Shown: positions 50,902 through 60,569, numbered from the stretch's first letter. The stretch: DNA of 64,000 bases from Vulcanimicrobiota bacterium (GCA_963812155.1 CAWETW010000003.1:1152001-1216000), one strand, 5' to 3'. The notes: a model not told the origin generated them from the letters alone. A program made the numbers and translations.

Positions 50902-51909
50902 TGCTGGTCGACCTGACGCGCGCGCCGTTGAGCGACACCTTTAACCGGGCGATTACATACCTGCGCGTCTCGGTCACCGACAAGTGCAACTTGCGCTGCG
51001 TCTACTGCATGCCGGAAGGCGGATTGCCGTGGCTGCAGCGCGGCGATATGCTGACCGACGACGAGATCGTCGAAATCGTGCGGGCGGCGGCGGCGGCCGG
51101 CGTGCGCGCGATCCGCCTGACGGGCGGCGAGCCGCTGCTGCGCCCCGGCCTGCACCGGCTGGTCGCGAGCATCGCGCAAACTCCGGGCATCGACGACGTC
51201 GCGCTTTCGACCAACGGGCTGCTGCTCGAAGAACAGCTGCCGGCGCTGCGTGCGGCCGGCCTCTCGCGGGTGAACGTCTCGCTCGACACGCTGCGTGAGG
51301 ACCGTTTCGCGGCCATCGCGCGCCGGCCGGGGCTCGACCGCGTGCTGCGCGGCATCGATGCGGCCATCGCCGCCGGCGCGACGCCGGTGAAAGTGAACTG
51401 CGTCGTCATGCGCGGGGTCAACGACGATGAGATCGCGGCGTTCGCCGAACTTACGCGCGAGCGGAACGCGTTCGTGCGATTCATCGAAGTCATGCCGGTG
51501 CGCGAGAACCTCGAGCTGCAGTCCGAAGCCTACGTATCGAGCGACGAAATCCTGCAGCGGGTCGCGGAAATCGGCGCGCTTCATCCCGTCGCCGGACCGG
51601 CCGGAAACGGCCCAGCGCGTTACTTTGCGTTCGAAGACGGACGTGGTGCGGTCGGCGTGATCAGCCCCCTTTCGCACGACTATTGCGACCGCTGCAACCG
51701 CGTGCGTCTGACCGCGGACGGCCGGCTGCGGCTCTGCCTCTTCGGCGATCAGGCGATCGACCTGCGCGGCCCGCTGCGAGCCGGCGCGGCACCGCGACGA
51801 GCTGGCGGCGCTCCTTCGCTCGGCGATGCTGATCAAACCGGAGCGACACCACCTGCGCCTCGGCGAGGCGGCCTCCCGGATGCGCGCCTTCTCGGAGATC
51901 GGCGGCTAG
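50901..51909 (+). CDS. moaA: GTP 3',8-cyclase MoaA, frameshift near 51795
   Basis: YLRVSVTDKCNLRCVYC, TGGEP, CDRCNRVR, LCL; shifted frame ends KPERH...FSEIGG. Confidence 0.95.
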
Positions 51910-51932
51910 CGCTCGCTCCGGCGCCCCGCAGC

Positions 51933-51958
51933 GTCACGGAGACGCGGCGCCGAACGTT
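51933..51958 (+). promoter_or_regulatory. putative ECF autoregulatory promoter
   Basis: GTCACG, 16 nt, CGTT upstream of the ECF sigma gene. Confidence 0.5.
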
Positions 51959-51979
51959 GCCAGACGGAAGGGGAACCGG

Positions 51980-52510
51980 ATGGACGAGGTCTACCTGCAG
52001 GCGGACCGAGCCGATGCCGCTCAGGCGCGCGTCGAAACGATGGTGCGCGAGTATCAGACCAAGCTCGCGCGGTATCTTCGGCGGATGGTCGGCGACGCCG
52101 AAGTGGCGCTCGACCTCACCCAGGACGTGTTCTTGGCGGCCTACCGTATCCTGAAGTCGGACCCGCAGCGCGAACTCACCGCCGGATGGCTCTATCGCGC
52201 GGCGACCAACGGCGCAATCTCGTTCATGCGCCGCCGCAAGATCGTGCGGATGCTTCCGCTCGATCGCGAGCTCGATCGCGAGCAATGGCGGATCGACGAG
52301 CGAAGCGCCGCATCCGTCGATCTGCAGGCGGCGCTGCGCCGGCTTCCGCTCGAGCAGTCGTCCGCGGTGCTGCTGACGAGTTACGCGGGCTACTCCTCGC
52401 AAGAGGCGGCGGCAATGCTCGGCACGACCTCGGATGCAATCCGGCAACGGGTCTGCCGCGCGATGCGGATGCTGCGAACGATTATGACTGAGAGGGAAAC
52501 GCATACATGA
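51980..52510 (+). CDS. ECF sigma-70 factor
   Basis: DLTQDVFL, WLYRAATN region 2; region 4 YSSQEAAAMLG....IRQRV.RA. Confidence 0.92.
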   Translation: MDEVYLQADRADAAQARVETMVREYQTKLARYLRRMVGDAEVALDLTQDVFLAAYRILKSDPQRELTAGWLYRAATNGAISFMRRRKIVRMLPLDRELDREQWRIDERSAASVDLQAALRRLPLEQSSAVLLTSYAGYSSQEAAAMLGTTSDAIRQRVCRAMRMLRTIMTERETHT

Positions 52511-53493
52511 GGCACGACGATTGCGGGCGCGCGGAATCGAACGCGGGTGCGGTGGCACTCGGCGAAGCGTCCGACGCACAACGCGAAGAGTATCGCGCGC
52601 ACGTCGCGCGATGCGCGCCGTGTTTGGACGCGCTCGGCGGCGAGCGCGACATCGAACGGACCATGCAGCTCGTAGCGCGGGCGCGCGACGAGGAGATCTG
52701 GGAGCCGCACGTGCGTCTCGATTTCAAGGAGCGCGCCGGCTTCGCGCGCCGCGCGTGGCAGTACGGCTTGGCGGCTGCGGCCGTTGCCGTGCTGGCGTTG
52801 GGAGCGCGTACGCTCGTGCCGAACGGCAGCGCTCCGGCGCCGCAACGCGTCGCGATCGTCACGACGCACCGCGTCGCCGCTCCGGCCGTGCAGGCGCTGG
52901 CCTCGGGCCACGATCTCGTGGTGGTTCACAGCGTCGCGACGCTGCGGCGTCCCGCGCTCCTTGCAGCGGCGCCGGCCCGGACACAGCCCAAAACCGTTAT
53001 CGCGGCGCACCGCACCGAATCCGCTCCGGCCACAGCGTCGCACGTTCCGGGCGCGCACGCGAGTCCGGCGCCGGCGATCGTGGCGCTGGCCGATCCGTCG
53101 CAGCGCGAGGAACGTTCGGTTTCGGCGCTGCGCACCGTCGGCACGTCGCCGCCCGTTCCGCAACGCGCCGAATCGATCGCGATGCAGCCGTCCGGCATCA
53201 CGCGCGATGCGGCCCCGCTCGGCGGCGAGAACGCGATCGTTCCGCATCCGACCGCGATTGCGTATTACGAAAACGCCGAGGGGACGACCGCGTTCGAGGT
53301 CAGCGTCGACGAGCGAGGCGCGCCGGTAAAATGCGCGATCGTCAAATCGTCGGGGTTCGTAGTGCTCGACGAGGCGGTCTGCCGCGCCGCAATGCGCGTG
53401 CGCTACGCGCCGCGCGAAGTCAACGGCCGTGCCGTTCCCGGCGTCTATCGCGACGCCCTGACGTTTCAAGCGGGCGACGGACTAGCGCACTAA
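52507..53493 (+). CDS. zinc-finger anti-sigma factor fused to TonB C-terminal domain
   Basis: HVARCAPC (HxxxCxxC), TM helix, Pro/Ala linker, EGTT.FEV.VDERG...KSSG..VLDEA...Y.P...NG..V. Confidence 0.8.
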   Translation: MRHDDCGRAESNAGAVALGEASDAQREEYRAHVARCAPCLDALGGERDIERTMQLVARARDEEIWEPHVRLDFKERAGFARRAWQYGLAAAAVAVLALGARTLVPNGSAPAPQRVAIVTTHRVAAPAVQALASGHDLVVVHSVATLRRPALLAAAPARTQPKTVIAAHRTESAPATASHVPGAHASPAPAIVALADPSQREERSVSALRTVGTSPPVPQRAESIAMQPSGITRDAAPLGGENAIVPHPTAIAYYENAEGTTAFEVSVDERGAPVKCAIVKSSGFVVLDEAVCRAAMRVRYAPREVNGRAVPGVYRDALTFQAGDGLAH

Positions 53494-53539
53494 ACGCCGC
53501 TTAGGGGACGCGCTGGCGTCCCCGCGAAACGCGCGTGGC

Positions 53540-54976
53540 ATGGCCGAGAGCCGGTTCGTCTATCGGTTTGAGTCCGATTTGCGCCTCGACGACCATGCCG
53601 GTCTGCGTGCCGCGGCGTCCCGAGGCGCGGTCGTGCCGGTGGTCGTCGTCGATCCGTCGCTGACGTCGCGGCTGCGTCGATCGCCGCGCCGCGCCGCATT
53701 TTTCTGCGCCGCCATTGCCGCGCTCGATAACGAACTGCGCGATCGCGGCAGCCGGCTCATCGTTCGTCGCGGGCCGGCGGGCGCGGTGCTGAAAACCGTT
53801 GCCGCCGAGTCGGGCGCGACCGGCGTCGCGTGGAGCGTTAGGTACGGCGCGGAAGCCGTCGCAACCGCAGAGCGGCTCCAGTCCGAACTCGAGGAATCCG
53901 GCTACGCAGTTACCGCCGTGCACGACGCGCCCGCAATTCCACCGGAAGAAACCGCCGCGGCGCATTCCGGCGCGGGTGAAGGCTATCGCGCCTTCGCTCC
54001 ATATTTCGAGGTGTGGCGCGAACTGCCCGTGCTTTCACACGAGCACCCGCTGCTGTTGCGTTTTGTCGGCGACGAGCTTGCGAGCGAGGCGCTGCCGTCA
54101 CCCGGCGAGTTCGGCGCCGAAATCGAAACGGTGAAGGCGGGCTCCGCCGCGGCGCGCGACGCATTCGATCGCTTCCTGCGCGACGATGCCGCGCACTATG
54201 CGGAAGCGGCGCTGCTGCCGGCCGAAGACGGAACGTCGCGGATGTCGGCGGATCTTTCGTTTGGAACGATCTCGTCGCGGTCGATGATGGCTGCAATTCG
54301 CGAACGGCTGCGCGACGCGCTGCGCCCGGCGCACGAACGCGCGTCGCTGCGCGCCTTTCTGCGCTCGCTGGCGCGACGCGATTTTTTGCTGCAACTCGCA
54401 TGGTTCCATCCGCGCACGTTCGACGAGCCGCTGCAGGAGAAGATGCGCGGGTTTTCGTTCGCGCAATCGCATTCGGCGCTCGAGGCGTGGCGCCGCGGCG
54501 CGACCGGCTTTCCGCTGGTCGATGCCGGCATTCGCCAACTGCGCGAGACGGGCTGGATGCATCCGCACGTGCGTGCCGTCGCCGCATCATTTCTGTGTTT
54601 CGATTTGGGCGTCGACTGGCGCATCGGTCGCGATGAGTGGGACGCGCTGCTCGTGGAAGACGACGACGCGCTGGCGACGGGCGACTGGCAATGGATTGCC
54701 GGCGTGGGCGCCGATATGGCGCAGTATCCGCGCATCTATAACCCCGAACGGCAGCGCCGCCGCATCGATGCCGACGGCCGCTACGTGCGCCGCTGGATTC
54801 CCGAACTCGAACGCGTGCCGGTCGCGTATTGGAACGATCGCGCGTCGCGTTCGCCGCAACTCGCGTTGGAACTCTCCGTACCGGGTGCGTATCCCCAAGC
54901 CGTCATCGATCATGGCGAAGCCGCGCGCGCCTTCTTGGCGCGCTACCGCGCCTTCCTCACGAAAGGGTCTCTATGA
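53540..54976 (+). CDS. photolyase/cryptochrome family protein, divergent active site
   Basis: DLRLDDHAGL, TSRMSADLSFG, TGFPLVDAGIRQL, GWMH, WQW, RIYNP, YVRRWIPEL. Confidence 0.9.
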   Translation: MAESRFVYRFESDLRLDDHAGLRAAASRGAVVPVVVVDPSLTSRLRRSPRRAAFFCAAIAALDNELRDRGSRLIVRRGPAGAVLKTVAAESGATGVAWSVRYGAEAVATAERLQSELEESGYAVTAVHDAPAIPPEETAAAHSGAGEGYRAFAPYFEVWRELPVLSHEHPLLLRFVGDELASEALPSPGEFGAEIETVKAGSAAARDAFDRFLRDDAAHYAEAALLPAEDGTSRMSADLSFGTISSRSMMAAIRERLRDALRPAHERASLRAFLRSLARRDFLLQLAWFHPRTFDEPLQEKMRGFSFAQSHSALEAWRRGATGFPLVDAGIRQLRETGWMHPHVRAVAASFLCFDLGVDWRIGRDEWDALLVEDDDALATGDWQWIAGVGADMAQYPRIYNPERQRRRIDADGRYVRRWIPELERVPVAYWNDRASRSPQLALELSVPGAYPQAVIDHGEAARAFLARYRAFLTKGSL

Positions 54977-56001
54977 AACGCGTTTCGATTCTGCTCTTCG
55001 GCGGCGTGCTCGTTTCGTGTGCCGGCTCCGGTCCGTCGTTAGCACCCCACGACTTCGCCGGCACTCGGCCGTACGCGTCTACGCAGGGAACGCAAACGTT
55101 TCACTACACCGGCGCAAAGCAGAATTTTACCGTGCCCGAAAGCGTGTCGAGCTTGATGGTTACGGTGCGCGGCGCAGGCAGCGGGACGAAGCGCGGCGGA
55201 CTCGTCGACGCGACGATTCCGGTTTCGCCCGGCGAAGTGTTGGCGGTTTTCGTTGGCGGCGCGCCGCAAGGTTTGAGTGGCGGATTTAACGGCGGCGGCA
55301 ACTCACCCGTCTCCGGTTCCCTCGACGGCCGAGGTGGCGGCGGCGCGTCGGACGTGCGTCAGGGTGGGAACGGTTTGATGGATCGTGTGATCGTAGCCGG
55401 CGGGGCGGGCGGCCGCGGAAATAGCGGATACAACGACAGCGGGAAAAGCGGCGCCGGAAGCTTCGGCGGCGGCTTACGAGGAGGCCGCGGAGGAGCGGGC
55501 GGGTTCTCGAGCGGCGCGGGCGGCGCCGGATTCGGCGGCGGCGGTGGTCTCCCGGGTACACAGAACGCTAGCGGCAAAGGCGGTGGCGCCGGCGGCGTGG
55601 AGGGTGGGAGCGGGTGGGTCGGTTGCCACGGCTTGCGCGGTAAGCTTGGGCAAGGCGGTTTCGGAGGCGTCGGCGGCGGAACGATCGGCGGCGGCGGGGG
55701 TGGCGGCGGCGGTGGTTACTACGGCGGGGGCGGTGGTGGCGGTGGCGGCGGAAGCGATCTCAAAGACGGGAACGGAGGCGGAGGCGGCGGTGGCGGGGGT
55801 TCGGCGTTTGCCGAGCCAAGTGCGACCAACGTAACGTTTACTTCCGCTGGCGGCACGACCGGAAATGGTCAAGTCACCATCTCTTGGGGCTCTTCGGTAT
55901 TGAAATCAGCCGCTTTGCACGGCGCTGCACTTTTCGTTGCGGAATTGAGTCGGCAGAGCACACAGCCGCTGCCGCTACATTCCAATTGTACGGGGTCGTG
56001 A
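54973..56001 (+). CDS. glycine-rich secreted lipoprotein (ALK/LTK-like Gly-rich domain)
   Basis: LVSC lipobox, F.YTG..Q.FTVP, GGGGASDVR, VAGGAGG, GGGYYGGGGG, GNGQVTISW. Confidence 0.8.
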   Translation: MKRVSILLFGGVLVSCAGSGPSLAPHDFAGTRPYASTQGTQTFHYTGAKQNFTVPESVSSLMVTVRGAGSGTKRGGLVDATIPVSPGEVLAVFVGGAPQGLSGGFNGGGNSPVSGSLDGRGGGGASDVRQGGNGLMDRVIVAGGAGGRGNSGYNDSGKSGAGSFGGGLRGGRGGAGGFSSGAGGAGFGGGGGLPGTQNASGKGGGAGGVEGGSGWVGCHGLRGKLGQGGFGGVGGGTIGGGGGGGGGGYYGGGGGGGGGGSDLKDGNGGGGGGGGGSAFAEPSATNVTFTSAGGTTGNGQVTISWGSSVLKSAALHGAALFVAELSRQSTQPLPLHSNCTGS

Positions 56002-56014
56002 CGGTCGCGATCGG

Positions 56015-56587
56015 CTAGCTTACGCGTTTCTCGCTCGGAAAGTGATCTTCGATCCAACCGCTGATGATCGGGACGCGGACGTCGTCGCCGTTCCAGGTTT
56101 TGATGCCGAAGTAGACGCTCGCGACTAAGAAGAGCGGGATCAGGAACGGGATGAGCACCCCAGCCGAAAAGCCGAGGAACGGCACGTTGCTGAGCACCGA
56201 GAGCAGACCCCAAAAACCGAACATGCCGAGGTTGAAGCCGAGCGCCTGAATCGCTTGCATGCGCAAATAGCGCGACTGCTTGCGATCGAAGAGCGAGAGC
56301 AGCGCCAGCGGCCAGAGCGGATAGCCGAGCGCGACGAGCGCGCGCGACTCGAGCGGATCCGACGGCACCGCGATCTCCGCTTTCGTAACGACTGCCGGGC
56401 GTGCACTCGGACGCGGGGGAACCCGTCCGCCGATCTGCTGCCGGGTTGCGGTGGCCGCTTCGACCTTTGCAGCGAGACGGCAGCTCGGGCACGATCCGTT
56501 GTCGTCGCGACACGTCGCGCAGACCGGTTTGTTGCAGTCCGCGCAGGGCGCGACCGACGGAACGTTCGAGTGAAAGTAGCAGTCCAT
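56015..56587 (-). CDS. DUF4870-like membrane protein with N-terminal B-box-type zinc finger
   Basis: CYFH...CADCNKPVC..C...C.SC; TM region QAIQAL, VRVPII. Confidence 0.8.
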   Translation of the reverse strand: MDCYFHSNVPSVAPCADCNKPVCATCRDDNGSCPSCRLAAKVEAATATRQQIGGRVPPRPSARPAVVTKAEIAVPSDPLESRALVALGYPLWPLALLSLFDRKQSRYLRMQAIQALGFNLGMFGFWGLLSVLSNVPFLGFSAGVLIPFLIPLFLVASVYFGIKTWNGDDVRVPIISGWIEDHFPSEKRVS

Positions 56588-56596
56588 GATTCCCCT

Positions 56597-56673
56597 TTCG
56601 TCCTTCGTCCTTCGACTGCGGCGCTTCGCGCCTTCGCTCAGGATGACACTGTGCCTTCGCTCAGGGTGACACA
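56597..56673. repeat. intergenic REP-like element, same family as the lhr insertion
   Basis: TTCGTCCTTCGACTGCG (56604-20) and CCTTCGCTCAGG(A/G)TGACAC x2 (56631, 56654). Confidence 0.85.
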
Positions 56674-56742
56674 GTCTAATCGCAATACCGGCACCGGGCA
56701 GGGCAGGTTTCACGGCGGCGCGGCCGCAAGACGAACGCGCCG

Positions 56743-58494
56743 ATGAGCCGCCGCTCGATTCTCCATCGCCTGGCGCGGGAGGCACGACCCTACTACCCGC
56801 GCATCGCGGTGGCTACGGTCCTCGGAGCGCTGGCCGGCGTGCTGACGCTGGTCCCGCCGGCCGCCTTTCGCATCATCATCAACCGGGTGCTTGCGCCGCC
56901 CGGCGGCCATCCGCCGGATCTGCGCGCTCTCTACGTCACGTTGGGAGTCACGTCGGCAGCGCTCGTGCTGGCAAACGTCGCGATCTACTATCAGACGTAC
57001 CTGACGGCGTGGAGCGGCCAGCATCTCATTGCCCGCTTGCGCATTCGCCTCTTCGAGCGGCTCCTCAACCTGCCGCTGGAGACCTTCGACCGCTGGCGGC
57101 CCGGGGAACTCATCGCCCGCTTCAGCACCGATTTGCAACTGATGACCGATGCGGTCAGCGTGTCGCTGCCGCAGCTGGTCGTCGCGCTCGTTACCTTTAT
57201 TTCGTCGTTCGTCACGATGATCTATCTCGACTGGCTGCTGACGCTCTCGCTGATCGTCGTCGCGCCGGTCGTGACGTTGGCCGTATCGCGTTTCCAAGGG
57301 CTGATCGGCGCCAGCACCCATCGCGCGCAGGAACGTATCGCGGATCTCTCCGCGAATCTAACCGAAGTGCTGCAGGGTCAGCGCGTGGTTAAGGCGTTCG
57401 GACGCGAAGAACACGAAGTCGCGCGCTTTTCGACCCGCAACGACGATTTCTTCGGCGCGTACATGAAACTCACGCAGTTCATTCAGACGCAGCCGGTCGT
57501 CATTTCGACGATCATGGTCGCCGCCGTCGTGTTCATCATGTGGCTCTCCGTGCGCGAGGTGCTGCACGGCCGGCTCGACACCGGAACCGTGTTCATGTAC
57601 TGGGCGCTGCTCGTTAATCTGATGAATCCGATGAACCGCGTAGCCGCGTTTTTCGGCGACATCAGCAAAGCGATCGTCGGTGCCGGCCGCGTCTTCGAAG
57701 TGCTCGATCTTGCGGCCGAGACGCGTGACGAGGACAACGCGGCGCCGCTTCCGGCCGTGCGCGGGCGCATCGCATTCGAAGACGTGTCGTTTTCGTATGC
57801 GGGAGAAGAGTCGCCGGCGCTGCGGCACGTGGATGCGACGATCGAAGCCGGCGAAATCGTCGCGCTGGTCGGGCCGTCGGGCGCGGGCAAGACGACGATC
57901 GTTAATCTCGTTCCGCGGTTCTACGCGCCGCAGGAGGGCGCCGTCCGAGTAGACGGCGTCGACATCGCGACCGTTCGGCTGGCAGACTTACGCCGTGCGA
58001 TTGCGATCGTTCCACAGGACCCGCAGCTGTTTCGAGCGTCGATTTTAGAGAATATTCGCTACGGGCGGCTCGATGCAACCGACGACGAAGTCCGCGCCGC
58101 CGCCCGCGAGGCCAACGTCGACGATTTCGTACGCGCGTTTTCGAGCGGTTACGAGACGGAAGTGGGCGAGCGCGGCGTCCGTCTTTCCGGCGGCGAGCGT
58201 CAGCGCATCGCGATCGCGCGCGCGATCCTGCGCGATCCGCGGATTCTGATCCTCGACGAAGCGACCAGCGCGCTCGACAGCCATTCGGAGGCGATGATCG
58301 AACAAGCGTTGGATCGTCTGCTGCCTGGGCGCACGACGCTGATCATCGCGCACCGGCTTTCGACGATCCGGCGCGCGCATAAGGTGCTGTTCATCGAGGC
58401 GGGACGCGTCCTGGAAATCGGCACGCACGAAGAACTGCTGGCGCGTGGCGGCGCCTACGCGCGCTTGCATGCCGCGCAGTTTACCGTAAAGTAG
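56743..58494 (+). CDS. ABC exporter, fused permease/ATPase (MsbA-like)
   Basis: 6 [34 protein letters not shown]. Confidence 0.93.
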   Translation: MSRRSILHRLAREARPYYPRIAVATVLGALAGVLTLVPPAAFRIIINRVLAPPGGHPPDLRALYVTLGVTSAALVLANVAIYYQTYLTAWSGQHLIARLRIRLFERLLNLPLETFDRWRPGELIARFSTDLQLMTDAVSVSLPQLVVALVTFISSFVTMIYLDWLLTLSLIVVAPVVTLAVSRFQGLIGASTHRAQERIADLSANLTEVLQGQRVVKAFGREEHEVARFSTRNDDFFGAYMKLTQFIQTQPVVISTIMVAAVVFIMWLSVREVLHGRLDTGTVFMYWALLVNLMNPMNRVAAFFGDISKAIVGAGRVFEVLDLAAETRDEDNAAPLPAVRGRIAFEDVSFSYAGEESPALRHVDATIEAGEIVALVGPSGAGKTTIVNLVPRFYAPQEGAVRVDGVDIATVRLADLRRAIAIVPQDPQLFRASILENIRYGRLDATDDEVRAAAREANVDDFVRAFSSGYETEVGERGVRLSGGERQRIAIARAILRDPRILILDEATSALDSHSEAMIEQALDRLLPGRTTLIIAHRLSTIRRAHKVLFIEAGRVLEIGTHEELLARGGAYARLHAAQFTVK

Positions 58495-58648
58495 GCGGCT
58501 CCGAGGTCTCTTTCACTCGGCGAATTGCGCGATCGGGAGGGGCGACGATGCCGATCTTCACCTTGTCGCCGTCAATGCCGACGACCACGATGCGCACGTC
58601 GTCTCCGATGACGATCGACTGATTGACCTTACGAGTCAGTACGAGCAC
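58481..58648 (-). CDS. csrA: carbon storage regulator CsrA (55 aa, missed by the ORF track)
   Basis: GTG start; [55 protein letters not shown]. Confidence 0.9.
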   Translation of the reverse strand: MLVLTRKVNQSIVIGDDVRIVVVGIDGDKVKIGIVAPPDRAIRRVKETSEPPTLR

Positions 58649-58837
58649 TGCCGTTGCTCAATGCGACGTCACGGCGCGCTCCGCCTCGCCACCTCGCTGT
58701 GGTGGGGAGGAAATTGGCCGGCTCGGGTCGATACATCGTAACTGAACGCCCAAAAAACGGCCAATTCCGATCTCGACTCGCTCGAGTTCGTCCAAACTTT
58801 GCCTTAAAGAACCTTAACCTCGTAGAAAGGATTCCAC

Positions 58838-59392
58838 TTGAACAAGGGATTCACCGTATGGCTTACGGGTCTCTCCGGAGCGGGGAAAAGCACCATTGCC
58901 GAACGGCTCGGACCCGAGCTGACCGCCCGTGGTCGCAACGTCGAGGTGCTCGACGGCGACGAGGTCCGCACCCATCTCTCTAAGGGGTTGGGGTTCAGTC
59001 GCGAAGATCGCGACATCAACATCGGACGCATTTCGTTCGTAGCATCGCTGCTCGCCAAGCACGGCGCCGCCGTGATCACGGCCGCGATCTCGCCGTACGC
59101 CCAAGCGCGAGACGAAGCGCGCCGGCGGATCGGCCCCGATCAATTCGTCGAAGTGTACGTGCGCTGCTCGATTCCGGAACTGACGCGCCGCGACGTCAAA
59201 GGGCTCTACGCCAAAGCGATCGCCGGCGAAATCAAGCACTTCACGGGCGTTTCGGATCCGTACGAAGCACCCGAACACCCCGACGTCACGGTCGACAGCG
59301 AAAAAGAAACGGTCGAAGAGAGCGTCGGAATGATTCTTGCGGAGCTGGAGAAGCGCGGCTTCGTGCGCGCAGGCGAAAAGGCGGGCGTATGA
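58838..59392 (+). CDS. cysC: adenylyl-sulfate kinase
   Basis: [39 protein letters not shown]. Confidence 0.97.
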   Translation: MNKGFTVWLTGLSGAGKSTIAERLGPELTARGRNVEVLDGDEVRTHLSKGLGFSREDRDINIGRISFVASLLAKHGAAVITAAISPYAQARDEARRRIGPDQFVEVYVRCSIPELTRRDVKGLYAKAIAGEIKHFTGVSDPYEAPEHPDVTVDSEKETVEESVGMILAELEKRGFVRAGEKAGV

Positions 59393-60534
59393 GCACTCCG
59401 CATGGCGGCAAACTGATCGATCGAACCGTTGCGTCGCCCGAAGCCGAACGCGAACTGCGTGAAGAGGCAAAGGGTCTTCGCAAACTGACGCTTACCGGGC
59501 GGGAACTCAACGATCTGGCGCTGATCGCCATCGGCGCCATCAGCCCGCTGACCGGCTTCATGACGCGTGCCGATTACGAAAGCGTCGTTCCCACGATGCG
59601 TCTCGCGAACGGATTGCCGTTGAGCATTCCGGTCGTGCTTGCCGTCGATCGGGAAGAAGCGCCGACGCCGGGATCGCGCGCGGCGCTCTACGACGGCGAG
59701 GGCGCGCTGCGCGGCGTGATCGAGGTTCAAGACGTTTTCGAATACGACAAAAAGCGCGAAGCCGAGAACGTGTATCGCACCGACGACGAGAAGCACCCCG
59801 GCGTTGCCGCGCTGTACGAGCGCAAAGACGTACTCATCGGCGGCCCGGTATGGGTGCTCCCGCGCGAACGCGACCCCGAGAACCTCACGCCGGCCCAGAC
59901 GCGTGCCGAGTTCGAACGCCGCGGCTGGAAGACGATCGTCGGTTTCCAGACGCGTAATCCGGTGCATCGGGCCCACGAGTACATCCAGAAGTGCGCGCTC
60001 GAGATGGTCGACGGATTGCTGCTGCATCCGCTCGTCGGCGAAACCAAAGGCGACGACATTCCGGCAGACGTGCGCATGCGCTGCTATCGCGCGCTGCTCG
60101 ACAACTACTATCCCGCCGACCGCGTGCTGTTGAGCACGCTTCCGGCGGCGATGCGGTACGCCGGTCCGCGCGAAGCGATCTTTCACGCGATGATGCGCAA
60201 GAACTACGGCTGCACGCACTTCATCGTCGGACGCGACCACGCGGGCGTCGGCAGCTACTACGGGACGTACGACGCGCAGAAGCTCTTCGACGAGTTCAGT
60301 ATCGACGAGCTGGGCATCACGCCGCTGAAGTTCGAAAACAGCTTCTACTGCCGCCGCTGTCAATCGATGGGCTCGAAGAAGACGTGTCCCCACGATCCGG
60401 AGAACCACGTGTCCCTCAGCGGAACGGCGGTGCGCGCGATGCTGCGCGCCGGCGAACTGCCGCCGCCGGAGTTCTCCCGGCCTGAGGTGGCGCAGATTCT
60501 GATCGAAGCCTCGCGCGAGGCGGCCTCAGCCTAA
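59389..60534 (+). CDS. sat: sulfate adenylyltransferase
   Basis: [39 protein letters not shown]. Confidence 0.97.
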   Translation: MSTPHGGKLIDRTVASPEAERELREEAKGLRKLTLTGRELNDLALIAIGAISPLTGFMTRADYESVVPTMRLANGLPLSIPVVLAVDREEAPTPGSRAALYDGEGALRGVIEVQDVFEYDKKREAENVYRTDDEKHPGVAALYERKDVLIGGPVWVLPRERDPENLTPAQTRAEFERRGWKTIVGFQTRNPVHRAHEYIQKCALEMVDGLLLHPLVGETKGDDIPADVRMRCYRALLDNYYPADRVLLSTLPAAMRYAGPREAIFHAMMRKNYGCTHFIVGRDHAGVGSYYGTYDAQKLFDEFSIDELGITPLKFENSFYCRRCQSMGSKKTCPHDPENHVSLSGTAVRAMLRAGELPPPEFSRPEVAQILIEASREAASA

Positions 60535-60542
60535 GCGGAACC

Positions 60543-60569
60543 CCGGGAGCCGGCTCGGCCGGTTCCCGG
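60543..60569. terminator. GC-rich hairpin after sat (terminator-like, no U tract)
   Basis: CCGGGAGCCGGC-TCG-GCCGGTTCCCGG. Confidence 0.5.
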
